Assembly: GCA_965197475.1 (NCBI GenBank)
Contig: CBDANF010000003.1
Location: forward strand, 3,872,001 to 3,936,000
Source of the DNA: Candidatus Poribacteria bacterium
GTDB lineage: Bacteria; Poribacteria; WGA-4E; WGA-3G
Reading direction: 5' to 3'
DNA length: 64,000 nt
The first letter of the stretch is position 1; each line of letters opens with the position of its first letter. The position numbers and the translations under genes are program-made. The notes under the pieces were generated by a model. It made no database searches. It saw only the letters and a program-made list of their open reading frames with translations, and had not been told where the DNA came from. Shown in pieces: positions 41,135 to 51,075 of the stretch.

Positions 41135-42691
41135 TCAATAAACTGTATTGGGAAGCGATATAATAAAAGCAGTACCGGTTGAAAGAGAACCGTCAACTTC
41201 TATGCTGCCTTCGTGTTCTGCCAAAATCTTTTGACTTATGTAAAGTCCAAGTCCTGTCCCCTTCTGTTTTGTCGTGTAAAAGGCATCAAAAAGATTTGGA
41301 ACATCGCTTGCGGAAATCCCCGGCCCCGTGTCTTGTAGCCGAATGTAAGCGGTTTTCGCTTCTTCTTGTGTATAGGTTTTAATTGTTAACGTCCCACCGG
41401 TTTCCATCGCTTCAATAGCGTTAGAAAACAGATTGAAAATGACTTGTGTTATCCCGTCCTGATTGATATTCACGGATGGGCATTCGGCATAGTCGCGAAC
41501 GACGTTTATGTTATGGCGGTCAAATTCTGGTTGATACGTAGCGAGACAGTTATCAAGTAAATCGTGAATATTGCAAAATTCCGCATCTGCGGTTGCTGGC
41601 TTACCGAAAGCAAGCAGCTGCTCAATAGATCGGTTAAGCCGATCTACCTCTTTGATAATAATTGAGGTATATTCGTCAATTTCTGCCTGTTCATCTTTAG
41701 ACAGCGGTGTGAATCGGTCAACGGGTTCACTGAGGAGCTGTGTTGCCAACCGGATACTTCCGAGCGGATTCCTAACCTCATGGGCAATTGTTGTGACCAA
41801 TTTACCGAGTGCTGCTAAACGTTCTGATTGAACCAACGCGTCAATTGTCTGTTTGATTTTCACGCGCTGCGCAATTATTGAGGCGATAATTTCTAATACC
41901 TGTAGGTCTTCGGATGCTGTAAGTTCATCTTTCGCCTTGTCAATCCGCAATGTCCCGATGATTTGATCCTCTACAATCACAGGTAAGCACCAGAAGTCAA
42001 TTTTATCTTTAGATTCAACCTGTTCAGGCGAAAATAATTTAACGGATGGTTGCGGGATGCGTTGATGTGGGACTCCCCTCGCTATGCCATCTGCCAGAAC
42101 TTCTCTCTCAATTTTCTCTATTTGGTGATCGGTGCCCCGCTTTAGTTCCGCCGCTGTTAGTCCTAAATTCACCTCAATTGGTTGAACCACCCTGCCGTTG
42201 TCATAAAGATTTAAGGTTCCGCGATAGATGCCAAGTCGCTTTGAAAGGATTTCAATAATTCGATGGAAAAGTTCTTCAAGTTCAAGTGCTGCATTTGCTG
42301 CTTGGCTCACCTCAAAGACGATCAATAGGTCGCGTACCCGCTTTTCTAATGTAGTCTTTTCGGTACTAATCCTATTCATCTCTTTAACTCGGTTCACGCG
42401 CTGAATCTGCAACTGACGAATTGTTCTGACCAAGATGTACCCAACGATTGGATACAGGAACACTACGGCAAAGTTCTCTATTTGTAGAGGGTATCGTAAA
42501 ACGTACACCCAATTGGCAGCAGTTGTCAAACCAAGCAAAAAATTCTGATTACGCGAATTTTCGTAAATTGCTGCTAACAGCATCACACCGTAGTATAGAT
42601 GTAAGACGATAAGATAATATTGAGGCACCCCCGATACATATATAATAATATTGACACATAGCACACCGAGTGATAAAAATAGCGTTTTCAT
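41135..42691 (-). CDS. Membrane GAF-domain sensor histidine kinase
   Basis: N-terminal TM helices, GAF-like region, IAHEVRNPLGSI, NLFSNAIEAM, DTGPGI, FYTTKQKGTGLGL. Confidence 0.93.
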   Translation of the reverse strand: MKTLFLSLGVLCVNIIIYVSGVPQYYLIVLHLYYGVMLLAAIYENSRNQNFLLGLTTAANWVYVLRYPLQIENFAVVFLYPIVGYILVRTIRQLQIQRVNRVKEMNRISTEKTTLEKRVRDLLIVFEVSQAANAALELEELFHRIIEILSKRLGIYRGTLNLYDNGRVVQPIEVNLGLTAAELKRGTDHQIEKIEREVLADGIARGVPHQRIPQPSVKLFSPEQVESKDKIDFWCLPVIVEDQIIGTLRIDKAKDELTASEDLQVLEIIASIIAQRVKIKQTIDALVQSERLAALGKLVTTIAHEVRNPLGSIRLATQLLSEPVDRFTPLSKDEQAEIDEYTSIIIKEVDRLNRSIEQLLAFGKPATADAEFCNIHDLLDNCLATYQPEFDRHNINVVRDYAECPSVNINQDGITQVIFNLFSNAIEAMETGGTLTIKTYTQEEAKTAYIRLQDTGPGISASDVPNLFDAFYTTKQKGTGLGLYISQKILAEHEGSIEVDGSLSTGTAFIISLPNTVY

Positions 42692-42774
42692 GAGACGTTT
42701 GCGTGGCGTTTGAGATTACAACCTGCAGAGAACCTCACGCGCACGCTGCGTTGATTCTCGCTCATCAATCTGAG

Positions 42775-43386
42775 TTAACCTACTCGCCAATTTAAAAAGT
42801 TCGCCAACATTTTTAAACCAACGCGACCACTCTTCTCCAAATGAAATTGTGTTGCAATGAGGTTGTTATGGGCAATTGCACTACAGAATTCGAGACCGTA
42901 CGTTGTTTTTCCGATGATAGTTTCTTCCATTTGTGGAACAGGATAATAGGCATTTACGAAGTAGAAGTGAGCAGGATTAGGGACACCTTCAAAGATATGG
43001 TGTGGACGTACTTGCTGGACTTCATTCCATCCGATTTGCGGTACTTTGAGCCGTTTGTGAGTGGTGTATTTTTTTACGCAACCGGAAAGTAGTCCGAGAC
43101 ACTCGGTATCTTCCTCCTCACTATGTTCAAAAAGGATTTGAATGCCGATACAGATACCTAACATCGGTTTACCGGATTCGTAAAATTTGAAGAGAATATC
43201 GTCAAGACAACGATCTTGCAAATTTCCCATAGTCGCTTTGGCAGCACCGACTCCGGGGAAGATAACGCGTTCTGCGGCAAGAATGGTTTCAGCATCATCC
43301 GTGATCCGGTTTTCATAGCCGAGTCGATCCAAAGCACGTGCAACACTTGTGAGGTTTCCAGCTTTGTAGTCTATAATTGCAATCAT
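42775..43386 (-). CDS. hisH: Imidazole glycerol phosphate synthase glutamine amidotransferase subunit
   Basis: IIDYKAGNLTSV, FPGVG, GICIGIQ, VPQIGWN, TQFHLEKSG. Confidence 0.95.
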   Translation of the reverse strand: MIAIIDYKAGNLTSVARALDRLGYENRITDDAETILAAERVIFPGVGAAKATMGNLQDRCLDDILFKFYESGKPMLGICIGIQILFEHSEEEDTECLGLLSGCVKKYTTHKRLKVPQIGWNEVQQVRPHHIFEGVPNPAHFYFVNAYYPVPQMEETIIGKTTYGLEFCSAIAHNNLIATQFHLEKSGRVGLKMLANFLNWRVG

Positions 43387-43502
43387 TTATGTTTTGTGTG
43401 TCCTTCATTCTTTTTTCTTATGCCACATCTATTTACTCTAACACATAACCGTCAATTTAGCGTGTGCTATAAGCAAAAAGGTGTTGATTCGCGAAGGCAG
43501 CA

Positions 43503-43617
43503 GCACCAGCGGTGCGACAGGTGTATTACACCACATATAATATACACCTTTCGCCCCTCTGGGGCTTTGTGAATAGACGTTCCGACTGTTCTATACACCT
43601 TTCGCCCCTCTGGGGCT
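43503..43617. repeat. Modular repeat (GCACCAGCGGTGCG and TATACACCTTTCGCCCCTCTGGGGCT x2)
   Basis: Two direct copies here; the same modules occur at 53460-53625. Confidence 0.7.
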
Positions 43618-43670
43618 GCACACATCCAAAATATAGATATTATTCCTTAAATTGACAGTTATATATCTGT

Positions 43671-45101
43671 TTACCGTAACACGCCCTGTTCTTTCAAGCG
43701 GGCGATGAGTTGTGCCTGCGTGCCAGAGCCTTTCGTTGAATTACACGCACCGCAGAGCAGTTGTAGGTTATCCTCGTGGTCGGTGCCGCCTTGCGATTGT
43801 GGCACGATGTGGTCAACCGTCATATTCCGAAACGGGAATTGAGTCCGGCATCCATTACATAACCCTTCCTGCTTACCGAACAACGTATGTTTGTGGGTGC
43901 GATAATTGGGGAGCCGCTCACTCCGTTGAGGGATGTCGGTGCGATGGATAACGTCTCCGAACATGCCGACCTCGTTCTCCAGACGCACACGCACAAGATC
44001 AACCGCTTTCGGTGATATGTCTATACCGATCCATTGACGTTGTAACCGCTCGGCAGCAACGCACGTAGTCGCACACCCACAGAACGGGTCTAACACGATA
44101 TCGCCTTTGTTGCTACTCGCTTTGATGATACGTTCTAACAATGCGACAGGTTTCTGTGTAGGGTAGCCGACACGTTCTTTAGATTTACTTGCAATCGGAT
44201 TTATATCCGAAATCACATCGTTTACTCTTCTTCCGTGTGATGTTGATAAGTAACGCTTGAAACATGGGACCCTACCTCTTGGTGGCCAATATATCAAACC
44301 AGCAGCGTCCAAAGCCTCTAGTCTCTCGTGAACAGAAAGTTCCTCATAATTGTCAGGCGGTTCAACACCTTCTGGCCAAGCTTCTCTGCGTGGTGTGCTC
44401 CAATTTCTACCAACAAGACTCGGATCTACACCCCGCCAAGGTTGACCAGACTCACCTTTTTCTGTCACACTTCCTGCCGTTAGATCACCGACTCGGTAAA
44501 GTCCTCTCTCGTCGCGATGACGATAAGCTTTCTTTACGTACTCCGGATCGTGTTCTGTATAGACATTATTCCATACTTTTTGGCTGCTTTTGCTATAAAA
44601 CAGCATTATATCGTGAATCCTGCCGAACTGCTGGCCATGACTACGCGTGTTTGTGCGCTGCCATACAACCTCATTCCTAAAGTTTTTCCTTCCAAACACA
44701 CTATCCATCAGAGTTTTGAGATAGTGGCTGGCAGTTGGGTCGCAGTGCAGATAAATGCTCCCTGTGTCTTTTAGCACGCGCTTCATCTCTAACAACCGCA
44801 CTGCCATCATAATCAGGTAAGACTTCATACCTTTGCCGTGTGTCAACTCCGCTGCGTGGATGGCTTGATAGAGCGCGGGTTCGCGGTCGGCTATCTCACC
44901 GTGCCATGCATTGTCTACATCAGAAAGCGTCCATGTGTCTTTGAACGCAGCACCAGCTGCCTCGCTTCCAATCGGCGCAGCATAGTTGCGGTTAGAGTTA
45001 AACGGCGGGTCAAGATAGATCAAGTCTACGGACTCGCTGTCTATTCCGCGTAGAATAGGGAGGTTATCGTGTGAAAATACGGTGCGGTTTTGGACGTTCA
45101 T
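43671..45101 (-). CDS. N6A/N4C DNA methyltransferase fused to a C-terminal HNH endonuclease
   Basis: DLIYLDPPF, YPTQKP, VLDPFCGCATT; CNGC…TVDHIVPQSQGGTDHEDNLQLLCGACNSTKG. Confidence 0.92.
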   Translation of the reverse strand: MNVQNRTVFSHDNLPILRGIDSESVDLIYLDPPFNSNRNYAAPIGSEAAGAAFKDTWTLSDVDNAWHGEIADREPALYQAIHAAELTHGKGMKSYLIMMAVRLLEMKRVLKDTGSIYLHCDPTASHYLKTLMDSVFGRKNFRNEVVWQRTNTRSHGQQFGRIHDIMLFYSKSSQKVWNNVYTEHDPEYVKKAYRHRDERGLYRVGDLTAGSVTEKGESGQPWRGVDPSLVGRNWSTPRREAWPEGVEPPDNYEELSVHERLEALDAAGLIYWPPRGRVPCFKRYLSTSHGRRVNDVISDINPIASKSKERVGYPTQKPVALLERIIKASSNKGDIVLDPFCGCATTCVAAERLQRQWIGIDISPKAVDLVRVRLENEVGMFGDVIHRTDIPQRSERLPNYRTHKHTLFGKQEGLCNGCRTQFPFRNMTVDHIVPQSQGGTDHEDNLQLLCGACNSTKGSGTQAQLIARLKEQGVLR

Positions 45102-45105
45102 TCGC

Positions 45106-45333
45106 CTAACTTACTCTTGGTTTTAAGACTCCAACCTTTAAACCAGAAGCCAGAGCATTCTGGAGGTCCTTCAGATTTTCTTCGGCTTCTGTTTTATTAT
45201 CATAGGCGACATAAATTTTGTTGTTGTCTTCCACATTAATAATATGATACATACCATTTAATTCCTGAACACGTAGATTGCAATTACTGGATAAAATATA
45301 AGCTATTTCATCTGGAGTTTCTATAACAGACAT
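45106..45333 (-). CDS. Small hypothetical protein
   Basis: AAGGAG RBS; stop 4 bp before the MTase start. Confidence 0.65.
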   Translation of the reverse strand: MSVIETPDEIAYILSSNCNLRVQELNGMYHIINVEDNNKIYVAYDNKTEAEENLKDLQNALASGLKVGVLKPRVS

Positions 45334-45353
45334 AGTATTCTCCTTTCAGATTA

Positions 45354-45397
45354 TTAGTGTGAGGTTTAGCGTCTCCCGCAGGACGTGCGTAATCAAC
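45354..45397 (-). repeat. Conserved leader element, copy 1
   Basis: GTTGATTACGCACGTCCTGCGGGAGACGCTAAACCTCACACTAA just upstream of the RBS. Confidence 0.7.
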
Positions 45398-45482
45398 ATC
45401 ACAATGGGAGTATTTTACACGCCTCCGCGGGGCGAGGTGTTGAGGTTGTGTAGCGCGTGTTGTCTGCGCGCAGGATAAGCGT

Positions 45483-46595
45483 TTAATTGTCAACATTGAA
45501 ATTCCATAAAAGAACTTTGCCATCCCATCCCGCACTTGCGAGCATTTTTCCATCTGGATTGAACACTACGCTATTGACAACATTCGTATGTCCAGTAAGA
45601 TTTTGTTTCTGTTCACCTGTTTTAGCATCCCAAAGACTGATGATTCCATTACGACTCCCACTTACAAGCATTCGTCCATCTGGACTGAACGTTAGACTGA
45701 AAACAGTATCCTTGTGCCCAGTAAGGTTTTGTTGCTGTTCACCTGTTTTAGCATCCCAAAGATGGATAGTTCCATCCGATCCTCCACCTGCCAAAGTCTT
45801 ACCGTCTGGACTAAACGCTATACAAAAAATAGTCGTATCCGCTTTGAGGGCACGTTTATAGATACCTGACTTATTATTGCATAAATAGATGTAGTGCCCA
45901 CCGGAAATGGCAAGTATCTTGCCATCAGGACTAAATGTTAGGTCAAAGACATGAAGTGCCGCTAGTACCGCTCTACAAGCTGTTAGTTTCATTCCGAGAA
46001 TTCCAAGGATACCATCCCACAAACGGGACGGTATGTTCCGGTAACGCTCACACTCAGTGATAGTCTGTTTACGTTTACCTGTCTTAGCGTCCCATAGATG
46101 GATAGTAGAGGCAAAACCCCAACCATTCCTACTCCAACTTGCGAGCGTTTTACCGTTAGGACTGAACACTACACCCTCGACATCATTCTTATGTCCCGTG
46201 ATAGTCTGTTTATGTTTGCCTGTCACAGTATCCCACAAACGGATATTGTGCCCATTTACACTGGCAAGTATCTTGCCATCAGGACTAAATGTTACACTAC
46301 CAATATTTTTATCTCTTGTGAATAAGAATGGCTTTTGGTAGGTTTGCGTTTCATACCGTAGAAGACCTATAGGACCCGCCACTATCAGATACTTGTTATC
46401 AGGAGAATACGCAATATTCAGAACAGTATCTTCACTGTAGAACGCCTGCCCACTTAAGGTTTTGTAAAATTCAGCTTTAGAGAATTTGTAAGTTGCTGTA
46501 TCGTCTTTAGACTTAACCACACAAACGGTACTGAAGTAGATCAGTAATGCGACACAGCCGAGTATCCATCTGTTGGTCAAAATGTAGCGTATCAT
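45483..46595 (-). CDS. WD40-repeat protein with N-terminal anchor
   Basis: Repeats GH…FSPDG..LAS…LWDA.TG; AAGGAGG RBS. Confidence 0.92.
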   Translation of the reverse strand: MIRYILTNRWILGCVALLIYFSTVCVVKSKDDTATYKFSKAEFYKTLSGQAFYSEDTVLNIAYSPDNKYLIVAGPIGLLRYETQTYQKPFLFTRDKNIGSVTFSPDGKILASVNGHNIRLWDTVTGKHKQTITGHKNDVEGVVFSPNGKTLASWSRNGWGFASTIHLWDAKTGKRKQTITECERYRNIPSRLWDGILGILGMKLTACRAVLAALHVFDLTFSPDGKILAISGGHYIYLCNNKSGIYKRALKADTTIFCIAFSPDGKTLAGGGSDGTIHLWDAKTGEQQQNLTGHKDTVFSLTFSPDGRMLVSGSRNGIISLWDAKTGEQKQNLTGHTNVVNSVVFNPDGKMLASAGWDGKVLLWNFNVDN

Positions 46596-46609
46596 CCAAA
46601 CCTCCTTGA

Positions 46610-46652
46610 TTAGTGTGGGGGTTTAGCGTCTCTGTAGGACGAAGTTATCAAC
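46610..46652 (-). repeat. Conserved leader element, copy 2
   Basis: GTTGATAACTTCGTCCTACAGAGACGCTAAACCCCCACACTAA just upstream of the RBS. Confidence 0.7.
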
Positions 46653-46681
46653 GGAATAGAGTTTGTTCATTCACGAACACC

Positions 46682-47161
46682 TCAAGAATCAAGCGTTTGA
46701 AGTTGTTTGCGAAGGTTTGCCATTTCAATTGCGGTTACCGCTGCTTCCGCACCTTTATTTCCTGCTTTCGTTCCGGCGCGTTCAATTGCTTGTTCAATCG
46801 TATCTGTGGTAATAATTCCATAGATAATCGGAATGCCAGTATTAAGAGAAACTTGTGCGATACCTTTGGCACTCTCACCCGCAACGTAATCAAAATGCGG
46901 TGTAGCACCGCGAATAACGGCACCGATACAGATAAGCGCATCGTATCGCTCACTTTCGGCAAGTTGTTTGGCGATACTTGGCGTTTCAAAAGCACCAGGA
47001 ATCCAGACAACATCAACTGCATCTAAATCACCGCCGTGGCGTTTAATAGCATCAAGTGCGCCATCCAAAAGTTTTGTGGTGATGAAACTGTTAAATCGGC
47101 TTACAACGATTCCGAATTTGAGTCCGCTGCTATTTAGGTCACCTTCATAGATGTTTGGCAT
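46682..47161 (-). CDS. ribH: 6,7-dimethyl-8-ribityllumazine synthase
   Basis: [34 protein letters not shown]. Confidence 0.98.
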   Translation of the reverse strand: MPNIYEGDLNSSGLKFGIVVSRFNSFITTKLLDGALDAIKRHGGDLDAVDVVWIPGAFETPSIAKQLAESERYDALICIGAVIRGATPHFDYVAGESAKGIAQVSLNTGIPIIYGIITTDTIEQAIERAGTKAGNKGAEAAVTAIEMANLRKQLQTLDS

Positions 47162-47196
47162 ATTTATTATTCCTACAAGAAATTCGCTTTTATATT

Positions 47197-48414
47197 TTAG
47201 AGGAGGTGTCCGAGTTTTGTGCGCTTTGTCTGTAGATAACGTTGGTTAAATGGATTCGGTGTTGTTTGTAAAGGAATTTGTTCCACAATCTCTAAACCAT
47301 ATCCTGACAACCCTTTGACTTTGTGCGGATTGTTTGTCATTAGCCGCATCTTTTTAACCCCTAAATCAACGAGAATTTGCGCCCCTATACCGTAATCGCG
47401 TAAATCTGGCGGAAATCCAAGACGTTCATTGGCTTCAACAGTATCCAACCCTTCATTGTCTTGCAGATGATACGCGCGAATCTTGTCTTTAAGCCCCATG
47501 CCTCTACCTTCCTGCCGCATATACAGCAGCACACCCCTACCCTCTTTCTCAATGTTTTGAAGCGCAATTTGGAGTTGCTCTCCGCAATCACAACGAAGTG
47601 AGCCAAAGACATCACCTGTCAAGCATTGGGAGTGGACCCTTACCAATATAGGGTTTCCATCGGCAATTTGCCCTTTGGTTAAAGCGACATGAGTGTCAGT
47701 CGAATCATTCGGTGGTGGTGTCCCGTCAACGCTACTCTCATAAGCGTGGAGTTTGAATTCTCCGTGTACAGTTGGGATAGTAGCAGTTGAAACTCGTTTA
47801 ATCAGAGTTTCCGTTGTTCGGCGGTAGGCGATGAGGTCAGAAATAGTTATGATTTTAAGGTCGTGATGTTGTGCAAATTCAAGTAACTCTGGAACACGTG
47901 CCATAGTGCCATCGTCGTTGAGGACTTCACACAGAACCCCCGCTGGGTATAATCCAGCGAGTCTTGCCAAATCAACTGTTGCTTCCGTATGTCCAGCGCG
48001 TCGGAGCACACCGCCTGGTTTTGCTTCCAATGGGAAGATATGTCCCGGTCTCACAAAGTCCGTAGGGACAGCGTTTTCATCGACAAATTTACGAATGGTA
48101 TACGCTCGTTCTTGGGCAGAAATTCCCGTGGTGACTTCCTTCGCATCAATTGTCACAGTAAATGCAGTTTGCATCTGCGCGGTGTTGTCAATGACCATTG
48201 GATTAAGCTGAAGTTCATTGAGTCTTTCGGAACAAGTGGGAAGACATATCAACCCGCGCCCGTGTTTTGCCATAAAGTTGATGGATTCTGCTGTAACCTT
48301 TTCCGCTGCCATGATAAGATCGCCTTCATTTTCACGGTCAGGTTCATCAACGACAATAATTATTTCACCCGCTTTAATGGCTGAGAGGGCTTCAGGAATA
48401 GTGCTAAATTTCAT
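47197..48414 (-). CDS. ribBA: Bifunctional DHBP synthase / GTP cyclohydrolase II
   Basis: [42 protein letters not shown]. Confidence 0.97.
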   Translation of the reverse strand: MKFSTIPEALSAIKAGEIIIVVDEPDRENEGDLIMAAEKVTAESINFMAKHGRGLICLPTCSERLNELQLNPMVIDNTAQMQTAFTVTIDAKEVTTGISAQERAYTIRKFVDENAVPTDFVRPGHIFPLEAKPGGVLRRAGHTEATVDLARLAGLYPAGVLCEVLNDDGTMARVPELLEFAQHHDLKIITISDLIAYRRTTETLIKRVSTATIPTVHGEFKLHAYESSVDGTPPPNDSTDTHVALTKGQIADGNPILVRVHSQCLTGDVFGSLRCDCGEQLQIALQNIEKEGRGVLLYMRQEGRGMGLKDKIRAYHLQDNEGLDTVEANERLGFPPDLRDYGIGAQILVDLGVKKMRLMTNNPHKVKGLSGYGLEIVEQIPLQTTPNPFNQRYLQTKRTKLGHLL

Positions 48415-48437
48415 GATGTATTTTTGGCTTCAATTCT

Positions 48438-49082
48438 TTAACCGTATCCATGTTTTTGTAAAAATTCTAAATCAAGTGTCGGTGATGGCGTTATCTGATG
48501 TTGCATAAGAGTTTCAATATAACGTGCTATCACATCAACTTCAATGTTAACATTTTCGCCGTTTCGTTTTCCTCCAAGGGTTGTAACTTGTAAAGTGTAA
48601 GGAATGAGAGCTACCTCAAATTTATTATCAAAAACGTTCGCTATTGTTAAACTTACACCATCAACAGCAATAGAGCCTTTGTAGGCAATGTAAGGTTTCA
48701 CGTTTGGACTGACTGTTATCTGGAGGATTGAAGCAGAGCCTTCGTGTTTCCATCCGCTGATGGTAGCAATTTCGTCCACATGACCTAATACGAGGTGTCC
48801 TCCAAGTCGATCACCTAATCGGAGTGAACGTTCCAGATTGACAGGCATGCCGACTTTACATGAACGCAAGGTAGTTCTGCGGCAGGTTTCCTCACTGATA
48901 TCGGAAATGAATCCATCTTGTTCAAGATCACGGACTGTCAGACAGGGACCTTCAACGGCGATACTATCTCCTACTTTGGTATCCTCCAACACTGTTTCTG
49001 CCTTAATTTTGACAGTTACACCACTGGATTTCGGATGTACTTCGGCTATCGTGCCAATTTCTTCAATGATTCCGGTAAACAT
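48438..49082 (-). CDS. ribE: Riboflavin synthase
   Basis: MFTGIIEE, GGHLVLGHVD, KGSIAVDGVSLT. Confidence 0.97.
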   Translation of the reverse strand: MFTGIIEEIGTIAEVHPKSSGVTVKIKAETVLEDTKVGDSIAVEGPCLTVRDLEQDGFISDISEETCRRTTLRSCKVGMPVNLERSLRLGDRLGGHLVLGHVDEIATISGWKHEGSASILQITVSPNVKPYIAYKGSIAVDGVSLTIANVFDNKFEVALIPYTLQVTTLGGKRNGENVNIEVDVIARYIETLMQHQITPSPTLDLEFLQKHGYG

Positions 49083-50184
49083 TATTAACGAAATATCCCT
49101 CAATTAATATGTCACAACCGAGTTCGGTGATTGTCAGTCGTTCTAATTGCTGTGCATCAGCCAAACGTGCAATTCCTTCACCGTCAAGGACGCCCGGTGC
49201 CTGATTCCCTCCAATGAATTTGGGTGCCACAAAACACATCGCCTTATCCACAACACCGGACGCTAATGCGCTTGTGTTGACTTTACCGCCCCCCTCTACC
49301 AAAACACTTGTTATGCCTTGTGCACCTAATGTCTCCATCAATGTTTTGAAACAGACCTGTCCTTCTTTCGCTGGTGTTACAATGACTTCGGCACCCGCCT
49401 TCTCCAAAATAGCGATGTTTTTTGCTGGTGCCTGCGGTGTAACAGCAATAATGACACCTGCTTCGCTCTCTGAGTTGAAAACCTTTGCTGATGTAGGTGT
49501 TCGTCCGTAGGAATCCAGAACAACACGTGTTGGGTCTTTTCCCTGTTTGTGCGGCAGTCGGGTAGTTAAAGCAGGATTATCGCTTGTAATAGTCCCGATG
49601 CCGACAAGAATTGCGTCTGCTTCATTGCGAAGTTCATGAACCTTTTGCCGTGATGCTTGGGACGTAATCCATTGTGATTCACCCGTGGACGTTGCGAGCT
49701 TTCCATCAAGACTCATCGCCATTTTCAATATAACAAACGGGTGACCCGTTTTCACATATTTTATATAAACCTCATTCAGTTTTTCCGCGTCATCAGCACA
49801 TAATTCAACGGTGACATTTATACCTGCCTGTTCTAACTGCTGGATGCCCTTTCCTGTGACCTTTGGATTCGGGTCACGATGTGCAGCGTAAACGTGTGCG
49901 ATTCCGGCTTGGATAAGCGCGTCGGTGCAAGGCGGTGTTCGTCCCCAATGACAACAAGGCTCAAGATTCACGTAAAGTGTCCCGCCTTTTGCTTTCTCAT
50001 CGGCTGCTTGCAACGCATGAATTTCCGCGTGGGGTCCGCCTACCTCTTGATGATAACCTTCACCTACAATCTTCCCAGTATTAACAATCACCGCACCTAC
50101 AAGCGGATTCGGACTTGTGCGTCCTTTTCCGCGTTGTGCCAAAGCCAATGCGCGTTGCATAAATGTTATATGCGTCTCGTTCAT
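49063..50184 (-). CDS. ribD: Riboflavin biosynthesis deaminase/reductase
   Basis: PNPLVGAV, HAEIHA, LEPCCHWGRTPPC, SLDGK, VEGGG. Confidence 0.97.
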   Translation of the reverse strand: MNETHITFMQRALALAQRGKGRTSPNPLVGAVIVNTGKIVGEGYHQEVGGPHAEIHALQAADEKAKGGTLYVNLEPCCHWGRTPPCTDALIQAGIAHVYAAHRDPNPKVTGKGIQQLEQAGINVTVELCADDAEKLNEVYIKYVKTGHPFVILKMAMSLDGKLATSTGESQWITSQASRQKVHELRNEADAILVGIGTITSDNPALTTRLPHKQGKDPTRVVLDSYGRTPTSAKVFNSESEAGVIIAVTPQAPAKNIAILEKAGAEVIVTPAKEGQVCFKTLMETLGAQGITSVLVEGGGKVNTSALASGVVDKAMCFVAPKFIGGNQAPGVLDGEGIARLADAQQLERLTITELGCDILIEGYFVNNVYRNH

Positions 50185-50214
50185 CGCAATGTATCACCTA
50201 CAATGCTGTACATT

Positions 50215-50304
50215 TTGTAGGCGCGCTTTGTAAGCGCGACATATTATCTAAATAAACGCAGCGCGCGTTTGGTACGCTGCGGGGTTAAAAACCCCTTCCA
50301 CAAG
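50215..50304. repeat. REP-like cluster between the ribD -10 candidate and ribD
   Basis: TTGTAGGCGCGCTTTGTAAGCGCG; GGGGTTAAAAACCCCTTCCACAA (also near 53059); GCAGCGCGCGT module shared with 10305 and 42737. Confidence 0.55.
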
Positions 50305-50333
50305 AACATTTCACTTAATAGTATACCACATTT

Positions 50334-50846
50334 TCACTGCAATTCAAAATCATTTTTAGCACCGTCTACTGACTTCAAACATTCAAGCACTTCAGCATGA
50401 TCTACCGAATCGAATTGATGCGACCCAATATACATATACCGAATAATACCGAGTTTGTCAATGATAAACGTTGCGGGTCTGGCGATGTTGTAAGCCTCAA
50501 AGCTGAGCCAGTGGTATACGCCATAACTCTTAATGACACACCGATCCTTGTCAACCAATAGCGGGTACGTAATTCCGTTCCGTTCGGCATATCCTCGCAG
50601 TTCCCGAGGCCACTGTCCCGCAATACTGATCGGTGTGGCGTTGTATTCCGCGTAATTATCGGAATGTTCTTGTACTGCTGCCAACTGGCGGCGGCTATTT
50701 GGTCACCAAGTCCCTCGGAAAAAGGTCAAGACGACGTGCTGTTCGTCGCGATAAGATGTGAGTGACACCGCCTGCCGACGATGAGACGGAAGTGAAAATA
50801 AAGGTGCAGTATCGCCAATATTGAGAATCTTGTTTTTGCGTGGCAT
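50334..50846 (-). CDS. Peroxiredoxin-like (AhpC/TSA) selenoprotein, 170 aa, Sec at codon 48
   Basis: ATG 50846 MPRKNKILNIGDTAPLFSLP…VVLTFFRGTW-TGA(50703-50705)-PNSRRQL continues in frame into ORF 50334..50684 (YPLLVD, ARPATFIIDKLGIIRY); SECIS-like hairpin follows. Confidence 0.88.
50675..50695 (-). promoter_or_regulatory. Putative bacterial SECIS element
   Basis: GCCGCC-AGTT-GGCAGC hairpin; apical loop begins 16 nt after the UGA, with G in the second loop position followed by U. Confidence 0.6.
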
Positions 50847-50908
50847 AGGGTTATTTTCGCAAAAATTATAGGTTGTGTCAAGTATGAAATAGCATGAGTG
50901 TAGGGCAA

Positions 50909-51014
50909 TTTAGTTTTCGGTTTTTCGTCTTATGGGCGATGCATCAATATTCGGAGAGCTAACCCCTGTGGAAAGCCCTTGATCAGGATCTCGGGAAAAC
51001 CACAGAGAACTGAA
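50909..51014. repeat. MITE-like element with TTAGTTTT.GGTTTT … AAACC….AACTGAA ends
   Basis: Same termini as 52998-53123. Confidence 0.5.
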
Positions 51015-51075
51015 TGTCCTTACTGACATTAAGGATTTCATACAAAACAGCAATCAATAAAAAGGAGTTTCACCT

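Noticed and set aside
43503-43617. CRISPR-like direct repeats
   Set aside because: Only two copies, the modules recur elsewhere as REP/MITE cargo, and there are no cas genes
50185-50333. FMN riboswitch upstream of ribD
   Set aside because: No RFN consensus (AGGGCGGGGTGAAATTCCC…) seen; the region consists of REP-like hairpins
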